From assembly GCF_013365455.1 (NCBI RefSeq), contig NZ_CP046578.1, positions 810,001-842,000 of the forward strand: a stretch of 32,000 bases of DNA, given 5' to 3'. The DNA comes from Wolbachia endosymbiont of Dirofilaria (Dirofilaria) immitis. GTDB taxonomy: Bacteria > Pseudomonadota > Alphaproteobacteria > Rickettsiales > Anaplasmataceae. Shown in pieces: positions 1 to 10,131 of this stretch. Position numbers and translations under genes: made by a program. Within the stretch, counting starts at the first letter, position 1, and each line of letters begins with the position of its first letter. The notes beneath the pieces are model-generated. The model ran no database searches. It saw only the letters and a program-made list of their open reading frames with translations, and was not told the origin of the DNA.

Positions 1-673
1 TCACGTTTTAACTTCAGGCTCAAAAGATAAGAGTATTCTTCTCGACGTCCTACCCTTATCACTTGGCGTAGAAACTATAGGAGGAATAGTCGAAAAAATT
101 ATACCAAGAAATACGCCACTACCAGTTTCAGAGACAAAAGAGTTTACAACTTATGCTCACGGGCAAACAGCAATGAAAATTCATGTTTGTCAGGGAGAAC
201 GTGAAATGATAGAAGATAATAAGTCTCTAGCGCAGTTTGAGCTAAAAGGCATACCTCCACTACCTGCAGGTTCTGCAAAGGTTGAAATAGAATTTACAGT
301 TAATGTTGACGGGATATTAGCTGTTACTGCAAGAGAAAAAAGCACTGGCATTGAACAGACAGTTGAAATAAATTCAAGCTTTGGCTTAAGTGAAGCTGAG
401 ATTCAAGATATGGTTAACCAATCAATAAATAATTTTGATGAAGATATGAAAGCTCGCTCTCTTGCAGAAGCCAAAGTTAATGGAAATAAATTTATACATT
501 TGATTGAAAGCAATAATAGTCTTTTTATTGACCAAAGATTAAAGAACTTACTACAAAACGCAAAAAATGCCTTACAGGAAAATGATCTAAATAAAATCAA
601 TAATGCTATCACTGAGTTAGAAAACTTTTCTTTAAAGTTACGTAAATTAACAAATAGACAAAGTTCTACATGA
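1..673 (+). CDS. hscA: Fe-S assembly chaperone HscA (Hsp70 family), C-terminal part; 5' end outside window
   Basis: Frame 2 is open from base 2: HVLTSGSKDKSILLDVLPLSLGVETIGGIVEKIIPRNTPLPVSETKEFTTYAHGQTAMKIHVCQGEREMIEDNKSLAQFELKGIPPLPAGSAKVEIEF. This is an Hsp70 substrate-binding domain in HscA-like form. Stop TGA at 671-673. The supplied ORF 173..673 is only an internal ATG. Confidence 0.88.
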   Translation, partial: HVLTSGSKDKSILLDVLPLSLGVETIGGIVEKIIPRNTPLPVSETKEFTTYAHGQTAMKIHVCQGEREMIEDNKSLAQFELKGIPPLPAGSAKVEIEFTVNVDGILAVTAREKSTGIEQTVEINSSFGLSEAEIQDMVNQSINNFDEDMKARSLAEAKVNGNKFIHLIESNNSLFIDQRLKNLLQNAKNALQENDLNKINNAITELENFSLKLRKLTNRQSST

Positions 674-1421
674 TGCTATGCAGTATCCTATTTAACCGCA
701 AAGCAATAGGTATTCTAAAATTAAACGGTAACCAATCAACCTTTCTCAATTTAAACGATAAACCAACTATGCTTACACGCCCAATTATATTTTCCATTGG
801 TACAAAACTAATTTCAGGAAATCTGCTATCAAAGGAATTATTTCTATTATCTCCTAAAACAAAAAATCGATTATTAGGAACATAATAAGCTGGGCTATTA
901 TATGATAGTTCATTAGAAATACTATCTATTAAAATCTCATATTCTCTCTCATTTGGAAGTGTTTCTACGTATCTTGGTATGCTACGATTTAACTCATAGT
1001 CAAAGAAGTCTTCAACCCGTTTTCGCTTTACTTTCTGATTATTGAGGTATAGTTCTCCTTCTATCATTTGCACTTTATCACCTGGTATCCCTATTACCCG
1101 CTTAACAAACCTGATGCTGTCGTTTCTTGCAGGTTTAAAAACTATTATATCACCACGCTTTGGAGAAGTATAAAAGATTCTACTGTCAAAAACGTTCGGA
1201 GAAAACGGAAAGGAGTATCTACTGTAACCATATGAATATTTACTAGCAAAAATATAATCCCCCTCAAGCAGAGTGCTTTTCATAGAACCAGAATAGATAT
1301 GAAATGGCTCAAATAAAAAACTACGTACTGATAGCGCAATTAGCAACAAAAAAAATAATGAAGATAAAAACCTTCCTGTTCTCACTACCCAATCTTTCCT
1401 TAATTCCCTCAACTTTTTCAA
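666..1421 (-). CDS. lepB: Signal peptidase I
   Basis: 251 aa. N-terminal TM segment followed by PFHIYSGSMKSTLLEGDYIFASKYSYG (catalytic Ser box), KRGDIIVFKPARNDSIRFVKRVIGIPGDKVQ (catalytic Lys box) and FFVLGDNRNNSFDSR. Confidence 0.95.
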   Translation of the reverse strand: MKKLRELRKDWVVRTGRFLSSLFFLLLIALSVRSFLFEPFHIYSGSMKSTLLEGDYIFASKYSYGYSRYSFPFSPNVFDSRIFYTSPKRGDIIVFKPARNDSIRFVKRVIGIPGDKVQMIEGELYLNNQKVKRKRVEDFFDYELNRSIPRYVETLPNEREYEILIDSISNELSYNSPAYYVPNNRFFVLGDNRNNSFDSRFPEISFVPMENIIGRVSIVGLSFKLRKVDWLPFNFRIPIALRLNRILHSIM

Positions 1422-3430
1422 CTTTGCTTTTCCTATAAATGAAATTTATTATACCATGTAAAAGTGGCAACGCAAAATTTACTCATGGATGTTATTTCCC
1501 TGCTACTAAATCTGAATTACATAAATTAGCTTCACTACTTACACTTTAAAAAGCTTTTGTTACCTGCTTTGAATAATAAATATTTGAAATTAATAAAAGC
1601 TAAAATATTAGCTAAAATTTATAAACTATACTTAATAAATAAGGGAATTCAATATACTTTACCTAATATAGCAAAGATTAAACTTCAGTATGTCGGTCAC
1701 TTTAGGTTGCAGACATTAAAGGAATTATTCGCTTCTACAAAAAACAGAAACATTAAAGAGTTTTTTTTAGGATAACAATAAAATTAACGATAAAAGTGCA
1801 AAAAAAATCAGTTGAACTAACATATTTACTTTGCTTGAGTTAAAGAATAGCAAAATTAGTAAAAATAATAAGCTGTCTATTATAATTGCTTATGCTGGCT
1901 TACTGGTTGAATTTAGATATAACTTCATATGGGGCTGTTGCCTTACCTCCCAGCTATTTTGTGTCACTGGAGTAAAAAAACTTAGGCAAGCTTTCAAACA
2001 AAGCAGACAAAGCTCTTTATAGATTACTAAGTACTAAAATACCACTATCTTCTCTAAGGAAGTTGGCTTATATTAAATCCACCGCAATTATTCTCCTTTA
2101 GGATCGTACCCTTCATGCAAAAGAGAAAAATCAAAACTTATTACTATTCTAAATTTAGAGTAGTAATATTAATTTGCTTCAAATGTTCTGGTTTAATGTT
2201 ACTTTCAACTAATAACGTATCCACTTTTTCATCTTCTCTACTGTTTGTCAACTCTAAACACAATAGCTTAATAGTGACTCGGCAAACCTGGTTCAATACT
2301 CTTTTTTTTAATAAGAGAAGAATAATAATGATAGCTAAATAACTCGCAGGAATTTGGACCTTACTTTTTGCATAACTTAAAGTTACATATTTACATTCAC
2401 CCTAGCCATTTGAATAAAACAAATTATATTTTTTATATTTAAGAAACCTATTATCAAGTATATCACAAAAAGTTAGCTTACAATTATCAGATTCAACAAT
2501 TTCTAGATACCATAAACCTCTAAGATATAATTACCTTTTTTTGTAATAAGATTATGCATGACTAACCCTTAATGAGGATTGTAGCAACCTACTTTTATCA
2601 GAGTAGCTATAGCATTACTATTCAAGACAATAGCTGCTACCGTAAATACAGTCTCCGGTAGTTTTTCTTTCTTTTGCAAAGAGCAAATTTCTTCTTTGCA
2701 CTATTAGTATTTTTAAATGCTATCGCCTATTATTAGCACACCACATATATTTGTATATATTGATACTGACAACAATCATACGCTAGAAGAGAACTCCAAC
2801 TTTCGTCTGATATGTAGATAATTTTAGAACAATCCGTATCACTATACCCTCTATATATAAAATAATAGTACCTTCTTTTTCCATAATCCTTTATAGCATA
2901 AGATCACTTTCATCATATCTTTTCACTTTTAGAAATGAATTACCATACACATAAAACCACTTTATCGCTCTTCTTCTTCAACTTTAAATCATTAGCTCTT
3001 TACCTCAATCACATAACATGTGATGCCAATAATATATAGATTAACACTTTCCTTTAACCTATAATATATATAAGTAGGAAGTTTAATTAGCTCTTTTATA
3101 GAGCAGGTTTTTATTATCTATTTCAAAAAAACAATACTATTTATTTCTACTAAAACCTACTTCAGTAATTTATTATCCTAAGTAGATAATACCCCCCCAC
3201 AATTAGTAGTACTGAAATGAGTAGAAGGAGTCACAATTATAAAACTTCTCATCATATATACCACATTTACAGCAAAATTTTTCTGCTTTAAACTAAAACA
3301 CACTTTTATCTTTCTCTGTAACCTACATTTTCTATACCTTAAGTGTAATTAATTTACAAATATTAATTATTTGTTGATAATGATACACAAGTATAGTTAC
3401 AAGATTGTAGATAATACTGGAATATTTAAA

Positions 3431-4609
3431 ATGAACTACATTATTAATACATATAATAGGTTTAATATTCCTATAGTCAAAGGAAAAGGAGTATACCTTT
3501 TTGATAGAGATGGTAAAAAATATTTAGACTTTGCTTCAGGTATTTCTACAACTTCCTTGGGACACTGTCATCCATATATTATAAATAAGTTAAAAAAGCA
3601 ATTAGATTCGCTGTGGCACTGCTCTAACATTTTTACTATCCTTCAGCAAGAAAAGCTTGCTAAGCGTCTAACAGCACTCACTTTCGCAGATAGAGTTTTT
3701 TTTTGCTCAAGCGGACTTGAGGCAACAGAGGCCACAATCAAATTTATTCGTCGTTATTTTTATTTAAAAGGCCAAGAAAAGCGTTACCGTATTATTACAA
3801 TTGAAGGAGGGTTTCATGGACGTAGTATTGCTGCAATTTCTGCTGGAGGAAGTGAGAAATCGCGCGAAGGTTTTGCTCCATTCCTTCCCGGCTTCGATAA
3901 AGTACCAAGAAATGACATCAAAGCATTAGAGAAAAAGATCAGCAATGAAACAGCTGCTGTATTTTTAGAACCTATACAAAGCGAGGGAGGAGTATATACA
4001 TTAGATGTAAAGTACCTTCAAAAAGTGAGAGAAATAACAAAAGCCCAAGGGATAATTTTGTGCTTTGATGAAGTACAATGTGGATATGGACGTGTCGGTT
4101 CTTTATTTCATTACCAGAATATAGAAATTGAACCTGACATGTTAACTTGTGCAAAGGCTATGGGCAATGGATTCCCTATAGCTGCATGTTTAGTAAAAGA
4201 TTATGTAGCAGAAGCAATTACTCCAGGAACCCATGGATCAACTTATGGTGGTAATCCTCTTGCTATGACTGTTGGCAACGCAGTGCTCGATATAATGCTG
4301 AAGGAAAGTTTTTTCGATCATGTTAGAAGAGTTAGTAAATACCTGAAAGAGAAACTGCTGCCTTTAACTAAAGAATTTCCAAAAATAATCTCAGAGATAC
4401 GTGGAGAAGGTTTGTTGATAGGAGTAGAGCTCAAGGCACCTTTTGCTGATAAAATTGTCAGCCGATCTCTTGACAAAGGTTTAATAATGACTAGAGTTTT
4501 AAATAACAGAGTGATAAGAATAACCCCTCCACTTATTGCTGAGGGTAAGCATGTGGATGCAGCATGTGATATACTCTATAATTTATTTTTTGAGGCTAAA
4601 AATATGTAG
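3431..4609 (+). CDS. argD: Acetylornithine/succinyldiaminopimelate aminotransferase family (class III PLP aminotransferase)
   Basis: GVYLFDRDGKKYLDFASGISTTSLGHCHP, FCSSGLEATEATIKF, CFDEVQCGYGRVGSLFHYQ, MTCAKAMGNGFPIAACL, TPGTHGSTYGGNPLA. The ORF track starts at 3371; the ATG at 3431 (MNYIINTYNRFNIPIVKGKG) fits family N-termini better. Confidence 0.9.
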   Translation: MNYIINTYNRFNIPIVKGKGVYLFDRDGKKYLDFASGISTTSLGHCHPYIINKLKKQLDSLWHCSNIFTILQQEKLAKRLTALTFADRVFFCSSGLEATEATIKFIRRYFYLKGQEKRYRIITIEGGFHGRSIAAISAGGSEKSREGFAPFLPGFDKVPRNDIKALEKKISNETAAVFLEPIQSEGGVYTLDVKYLQKVREITKAQGIILCFDEVQCGYGRVGSLFHYQNIEIEPDMLTCAKAMGNGFPIAACLVKDYVAEAITPGTHGSTYGGNPLAMTVGNAVLDIMLKESFFDHVRRVSKYLKEKLLPLTKEFPKIISEIRGEGLLIGVELKAPFADKIVSRSLDKGLIMTRVLNNRVIRITPPLIAEGKHVDAACDILYNLFFEAKNM

Positions 4610-4714
4610 ACGTTCTAAGTATATGAAACCTAACTATACAGGACTTCAAATTTGCAAATGCTTCTTGTAGTGTATAAATAACTCTGTTTTTTGTCACAGC
4701 AATATTATATTTTA

Positions 4715-6001
4715 ATGGACCGGTTATTGATTTTAGTATTATCAATAATTTTTGTTTTGTTGATTTTATCATTTTTATTTTCAGGTGCAGAAATAGGGTT
4801 AACCTCAATTAGCCGCTCTCGAGTTAATAAATTAAAGCTAGACGGTAACAAAAAAGCTAAGGTAATTGACCGCTTATTAAACAAAAAAGAATTAACAATA
4901 GGTACAATATTACTCGGCAATACAATTATTAATATCACTTGTTCCGCTTTACTTACAGCAGTAGTCATAAATTTTTTTGGGAACGAAGGCGTCTTTCTAT
5001 TAACAGCTACAATGACATTTTGCATCTTGCTGTTTTGCGAGGTATTACCAAAAACTTACGCAATGCAAAATCCTGAGAAATTTACATCATTTTCTGCCTA
5101 TTTTGTGCTATTTTTTGTCAAGATTTTCTCCCCATTGACATTAGGTATCCAGTTTATTGTCAATCTTATTCTAAAGTTATGTGACCCCCATAAGGATAGA
5201 GAGGTTATATCTGCAGCAGATGCAATGCGTAATATGATTGCTCTCCATCACAGTGAAGGTACCATACTACAGCAAGATTTAGATATGCTAAGCAGTATAC
5301 TTGATCTTGCTGAAACAGAAATATCAGAAATTATGACCCATAGGAGAAATCTATTTTCTCTTGATATAAACCGAAACAAGAAGGAGCTAATAAGAGAAAT
5401 TTTAACTAGTAGTCACAGTAGGGTTCCTCTATGGAAAAAAGAACCTGATAACATTATTGGAGTAGTTCACGTAAAAAACTTAATAAATGCTTTGCGTAAA
5501 AAAGACAACAGAACAGAAGAGGTTGACATTGCTCAAGTTATGTCAAAACCTTGGTTTATACCAGAAAGTACACCGCTTAGTGTACAACTGCATAATTTTC
5601 GTAAAAACAGGAACCACATCGCATTTGTTGTTGATGAGTATGGAGCATTGCAGGGAATTGTAACTCTTGAGGATATACTGGAAGAAATAGTTGGAGAAAT
5701 CTCCGATGAGCATGATTTGATCACAGAAAATTTTATAAAGAAAATATCTGATAATGTATATCACATAGAAGGGAAATCTACTATTAGAAATATTAATAGG
5801 CAGTTGCACTGGAGTCTTCCTGATGAAGAGGCTATAACTTTAGCAGGCATGATTGTAAATAAAATTGAGCGTATTCCTGATGAAGGTGAAGAGTTTTCCA
5901 TGTATGGTTTTTACTTTAAGATTTTGAAAAAAGATAAAAACACTATTACTGTTATTGAAGTGCGAGTAAAAATTGACAATACTGTAACAGCAATTAATTA
6001 G
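4715..6001 (+). CDS. DUF21/CBS/CorC_HlyC domain membrane protein (hemolysin C / magnesium-cobalt efflux-like)
   Basis: N-terminal DUF21 membrane domain ([38 protein letters not shown]), CBS pair region ([48 protein letters not shown]) and CorC_HlyC C-terminus. The ORF opens at 4691; the ATG at 4715 is the likely start. Confidence 0.88.
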   Translation: MDRLLILVLSIIFVLLILSFLFSGAEIGLTSISRSRVNKLKLDGNKKAKVIDRLLNKKELTIGTILLGNTIINITCSALLTAVVINFFGNEGVFLLTATMTFCILLFCEVLPKTYAMQNPEKFTSFSAYFVLFFVKIFSPLTLGIQFIVNLILKLCDPHKDREVISAADAMRNMIALHHSEGTILQQDLDMLSSILDLAETEISEIMTHRRNLFSLDINRNKKELIREILTSSHSRVPLWKKEPDNIIGVVHVKNLINALRKKDNRTEEVDIAQVMSKPWFIPESTPLSVQLHNFRKNRNHIAFVVDEYGALQGIVTLEDILEEIVGEISDEHDLITENFIKKISDNVYHIEGKSTIRNINRQLHWSLPDEEAITLAGMIVNKIERIPDEGEEFSMYGFYFKILKKDKNTITVIEVRVKIDNTVTAIN

Positions 6002-6268
6002 TTGAATTTTGTGGAAAGCACAGTAAAAATAACAGCTGATAAGTTAAAGGGCTATATAGAGAGAATCGAAAAGCTTGAACAAGAAAAGAAGGGCATACAA
6101 GACCACATTCGCAACGTGTACGTAAAAGCTGCAGACGAAGGCTGGGATATAAAAGTGATGAAACAGATTATTAGGCTAAGAAAGATGGATAGCAATGATA
6201 GAGAAGAACAGGAAATGCTGCTAGATACCTACAAACGTGCATTAGGAATGAGTTACGAAGAAGACTAA
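6002..6268 (+). CDS. gapR: GapR-family (DUF2312) DNA-binding protein
   Basis: 88 aa: ITADKLKGYIERIEKLEQEKKGIQDHIRNVYVKAADEGWDIKVMKQIIRLRKMD matches the DUF2312/GapR family pattern. The start could be TTG 6002 or GTG 6011. Confidence 0.85.
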   Translation: MNFVESTVKITADKLKGYIERIEKLEQEKKGIQDHIRNVYVKAADEGWDIKVMKQIIRLRKMDSNDREEQEMLLDTYKRALGMSYEED

Positions 6269-6895
6269 GTGAATAATAGAATTGTAATTGGAATAAGCGG
6301 AGCATCTGGTTCTATCTATGGTGTACGTATCCTAGAGACATTAAGGAAAGTTAGTAAATCTCTTAAACTTACTACAACAGATTCCAGCACCATGCGTTGG
6401 AATGACACTAAATTAGATTATGAAACTCATCTAGTAATAAGTCGTGCTGGAAAAATAACCATAGATCATGAAATTACAAAAAGACTTGAAGATATTACAT
6501 CACTTGCAGATTTTTACTACTCCGAGGAAAAAATAGGAGAAAAGATAGCAAGCAGCTCATTTAAAACTTTAGGGATGATTATTGCTCCGTGTTCTATAAA
6601 GACAATGTCTGAAATTGCATCAGGCGTTACTTCTAATCTATTAACAAGAGCTGCTGATGTAACATTAAAAGAAAGAAGAAAATTAGTTCTCATGGTACGA
6701 GAATCACCATTACATCTCGGTCACTTGCAAAACATGTTAAAGCTAACAGAAATGGGAGCAATCATTGCTCCACCAGTACCAGCTTTTTACATTAAACCAA
6801 AGTCTTTAGAAAATATTATCAATCACTCTATTAGCAAGGTATTAGATTTGTTTGATATTAAATTACCTAATCTCAAAGAATGGCAAGGAGTATAG
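6269..6895 (+). CDS. ubiX: Flavin prenyltransferase UbiX
   Basis: [93 protein letters not shown] start immediately after the gapR stop. Confidence 0.95.
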   Translation: MNNRIVIGISGASGSIYGVRILETLRKVSKSLKLTTTDSSTMRWNDTKLDYETHLVISRAGKITIDHEITKRLEDITSLADFYYSEEKIGEKIASSSFKTLGMIIAPCSIKTMSEIASGVTSNLLTRAADVTLKERRKLVLMVRESPLHLGHLQNMLKLTEMGAIIAPPVPAFYIKPKSLENIINHSISKVLDLFDIKLPNLKEWQGV

Positions 6896-6899
6896 TAAA

Positions 6900-7781
6900 G
6901 TGGCAATTATTATTGACGGCAAAAAAATAGCAAACAGTTTACATGAAAAGTTATCAAAAAAAATTAATGTTTTAAAAAGAGAGCATAACATTTTCCCTTG
7001 CCTTAAAGTGATTCTTGTGGGAAACAACCCAGCAAGTCAGGTCTATGTTCGCAATAAACAAAAAAAAGCAGAATCAATAGGTATAAGCTCTGAAACTATT
7101 GTTTTACCTGATAATATTTCAGAAAACAAATTAATTACAAAAATTAATGAATTAAATATAGATCCATCTGTTCATGGTATTTTAGTACAATTGCCTTTAC
7201 CAAAGCATATCAATGCAAGCAGAGTAATTAACATAGTAAGTGTTAAAAAAGACGTAGATGGTTTTCATGATGAAAATGTTGGAAGATTAGTTAAAGGTGA
7301 AAAAAATTGTCTTATACCTTGCACCCCTAAAGCTTCCTTATATTTGATCAAATCAATTGAAAAAAACCTTTCTAGCAAAAATGCAGTTGTGATTGGAAGA
7401 TCAAATATTGTCGGTAAGCCAATGTTTCACTTATTGTTGCAAGAAAATTGCACCGTTACTATCTTGCACTCACAGAGTAGAAATTTAGCTGAGTGTTGTT
7501 CTAAAGCAGATATAGTAGTTGCAGCAGTTGGAAAGCCAAGATTCATTCAGGAAGATTGGGTAAAAAAAAGTGCAATAGTAATTGATGTTGGCATAAATAA
7601 TGTAAACGTAGGAGGGCAAGCAAGGTTCATAGGCGATGTTGACTTTGATGGAATAAAAGAAAAAGCCAAAGCTATTACTCCAGTACCAGGAGGCGTTGGT
7701 CCAATGACCATTGCATTTTTGATGGTGAATACTGTTATTGCTACTTGCCTACAGAAGGGAGTTGATACTTCTGATTTATGA
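6900..7781 (+). CDS. folD: Bifunctional methylenetetrahydrofolate dehydrogenase/cyclohydrolase
   Basis: [82 protein letters not shown]. The ORF opens at 6852; the GTG at 6900 ([11 protein letters not shown]) is the likely start. Confidence 0.95.
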   Translation: MAIIIDGKKIANSLHEKLSKKINVLKREHNIFPCLKVILVGNNPASQVYVRNKQKKAESIGISSETIVLPDNISENKLITKINELNIDPSVHGILVQLPLPKHINASRVINIVSVKKDVDGFHDENVGRLVKGEKNCLIPCTPKASLYLIKSIEKNLSSKNAVVIGRSNIVGKPMFHLLLQENCTVTILHSQSRNLAECCSKADIVVAAVGKPRFIQEDWVKKSAIVIDVGINNVNVGGQARFIGDVDFDGIKEKAKAITPVPGGVGPMTIAFLMVNTVIATCLQKGVDTSDL

Positions 7782-8469
7782 GTCAAGGTCTATCGCGCAG
7801 TAGTGTGGTTAGGTAGCGTAAAGGATATTAGAATAATAAAGTTAAAAATATGAATAACAATTTTTCCTTTGCTGTACTCAAGTATAACTTTCTATATTGA
7901 TTGTGATCTTAATTTACCACACTATAGTCCTAGTTGTAATCTAGATTTATCATATAAAAACTTGAGCAATAAAAAATCGTTGAGCAGCAGCAAATTTATT
8001 CCACTTATACTTGATGATTAGCCACTTAACAATAGAGTAGGCAATATTATCATCAATTGCCTGAAGAACTATGAGGCAAAAGAAACCATGTGTTAGGTAG
8101 AGTAAATCTTATAAAATTAGAGTTACTACCTTAAACGCCTTATAAGCACGTTTTAACCTGTACAGATAAAAAACCAATTTGTAAATGATATAAGATGTAC
8201 ATAGTACAAAATCAAACATAAAGACATCAATTACGTAATACTTCAGATTAAAAATAACTAAATATCCTCAGAAGATTAACAAAACTTACAAAGTAACTTT
8301 TGCAGTTTATATGAGCTACTTAGCTTACAGTTAATGTACGTTAAAATGACATTTTTGCATCCGACTGCTATAATATTTAACACACTACCTTTGTAACACG
8401 TATAGTTATGTGTCGAAGTCTCTCGGTCTTTTTCTATCCATATCACAAAGCTATGTTTAAAGAGATCCT

Positions 8470-10044
8470 ATGCAAATAAAAAATAAAGTTTTTAACCGCA
8501 GGGTATTTATATTAGGTGGTATTCAACTTACTATCTCTGTAATCTTTAGTTGTAGGTTATACAATTTACAAATACAAAACAGACAAAAATATGAAGCGTT
8601 ATCTGACAATAATAGGACAAGAATCACCACAATTATACCTAAGCGAGGCAGAATTTTAGACAGGAATGGTATAGAGCTTGCAGTAAACAAAATTTCTTAT
8701 GTTGTCTTGTTTAATGGGCAAAAGACTTTTAGCAAAAAAGTCGATTTACAAACGTTATCAGAAATCGAATCTAAGATAGTAAAGCCATCAGAAATAAAAG
8801 TAACTGCTCTTTATAAACGTTATTACCCATTTGGTTCAATATGTTCTCACACACTAGGGTACACAAAAAAACAGCAAGATATGAGTGAAATGGGAGTGAG
8901 TGGCATTGAATATACATATGATAATATATTAAAAGGTGAACTAGGAAAGTCTAAGCAGGAAGTCAATTCTAAAAAACGTGTCATACGAGAATTGTTAAGC
9001 ATACCACAGCAAGACGGTCAAGATGTGCAATTGACAATTGACATTGATTTGCAAAAGAAAATTGCAGAAATATTTAAAGATCACAAGGGCTCTATAGTTG
9101 TAATGGACGTAAACAACGGAGAAATTTTAGCATTATATAATTCACCTTCTTATGATAATAATCTCTTTACTAGCAGATTATCGAATGAAACTTTGGAAAG
9201 CCTAAATACTCCTTCATTACCACTTATAAATCGTGCACTATCATTCCAAATTCCACCTGGCTCAATATTTAAAATAATAGTTGCACTTGCAGGTTTAAAA
9301 GACGGAATAATCACCCCAGAAGAAAAATTCTCATGTAGAGGCCACATGAAAATAGGTGAACGGAGATTCCACTGCTTGCAAAGTAAAGTTCATGGATACA
9401 TATCTTTAAATGAAGCAATCGCTCTCTCATGTAATACTTACTTTTATAATATAGGAAAAAAAATAAGTGTAGACTCCCTAGTAGAAACAGCCAGAAATTT
9501 TGGCATTGGTAGTGGTTCATTAATTGGAACGTTTAAGGAAGAAGCTCCAGGATTATTACCCGATAGAAATTGGCGTGCACGAAAATTATACTCAGAATGG
9601 TATTTAGGCGATACCATAAACTTAGTTATAGGGCAAGGATATTTACTTACAACACCACTACAACTTACAGTTCTTGCAGCAAGAATTGCAACAGGAAAAG
9701 AAGTCATTCCTCACATTGAAGCAAATAAACCAATACAAGATTTTTCCAACATTAATATAGATTATAAGTATCTTAGAATAGTCCAAAAAGCCATGTTTGA
9801 CGCAGTGAATACTAAAACTGAAGCTTATAGAAGAAGGCCCACACTTACAGGCGGTACACAAATCGCCGGCAAAACCGGTACACCAGAGATAAACTCGAGG
9901 GGTGAAAGTCATAAATTATTTATCGCTTATGGACCTTATTATAATCCACGTTATGCAATCTCCGTATTCATAGAGCACGGCAAAACCCCACGCCAAGATG
10001 TTGCTATAGCTAATGGAATATTACAACACATGTTTAAAAAGTGA
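8470..10044 (+). CDS. mrdA: Penicillin-binding protein 2 (peptidoglycan transpeptidase)
   Basis: N-terminal TM segment, RGRILDRNGIELAVN, SxxK motif PPGSIFKI, KTGT motif GGTQIAGKTGTPE, GEVLPxPSYDNN-like segment (GEILALYNSPSYDNNLF). 524 aa. Confidence 0.92.
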   Translation: MQIKNKVFNRRVFILGGIQLTISVIFSCRLYNLQIQNRQKYEALSDNNRTRITTIIPKRGRILDRNGIELAVNKISYVVLFNGQKTFSKKVDLQTLSEIESKIVKPSEIKVTALYKRYYPFGSICSHTLGYTKKQQDMSEMGVSGIEYTYDNILKGELGKSKQEVNSKKRVIRELLSIPQQDGQDVQLTIDIDLQKKIAEIFKDHKGSIVVMDVNNGEILALYNSPSYDNNLFTSRLSNETLESLNTPSLPLINRALSFQIPPGSIFKIIVALAGLKDGIITPEEKFSCRGHMKIGERRFHCLQSKVHGYISLNEAIALSCNTYFYNIGKKISVDSLVETARNFGIGSGSLIGTFKEEAPGLLPDRNWRARKLYSEWYLGDTINLVIGQGYLLTTPLQLTVLAARIATGKEVIPHIEANKPIQDFSNINIDYKYLRIVQKAMFDAVNTKTEAYRRRPTLTGGTQIAGKTGTPEINSRGESHKLFIAYGPYYNPRYAISVFIEHGKTPRQDVAIANGILQHMFKK

Positions 10045-10076
10045 TTCCTGTAAAGGATTAACTTATCCGTAAACCG

Positions 10077-10104
10077 TTGACAATCATTTACAGTTCGCTA
10101 TCAT
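10077..10104 (+). promoter_or_regulatory. Candidate sigma-70-type promoter upstream of the VCA-like ORF
   Basis: TTGACA at 10077-10082, 16-nt spacer, TATCAT at 10099-10104; purine-rich GAGAGAAAA just upstream of ATG 10132. Confidence 0.5.
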
Positions 10105-10131
10105 TAGTATTGTGTTAATAGCGAGAGAAAA

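Noticed and set aside
1557-1775. 72-aa plus-strand ORF between lepB and argD
   Set aside because: Non-ATG start, Lys/Ile/Leu-rich low-complexity translation typical of AT-rich non-coding DNA, and no recognisable motif.
2115-2342. 75-aa minus-strand ORF
   Set aside because: Low-complexity Ser/Phe/Asn-rich translation with no ribosome site or family resemblance seen.
2665-2701. Short dyad TGCAAAGA...TCTTTGCA
   Set aside because: Only about 8 bp of stem in AT-rich DNA, with no adjacent gene end or T-run; likely chance.
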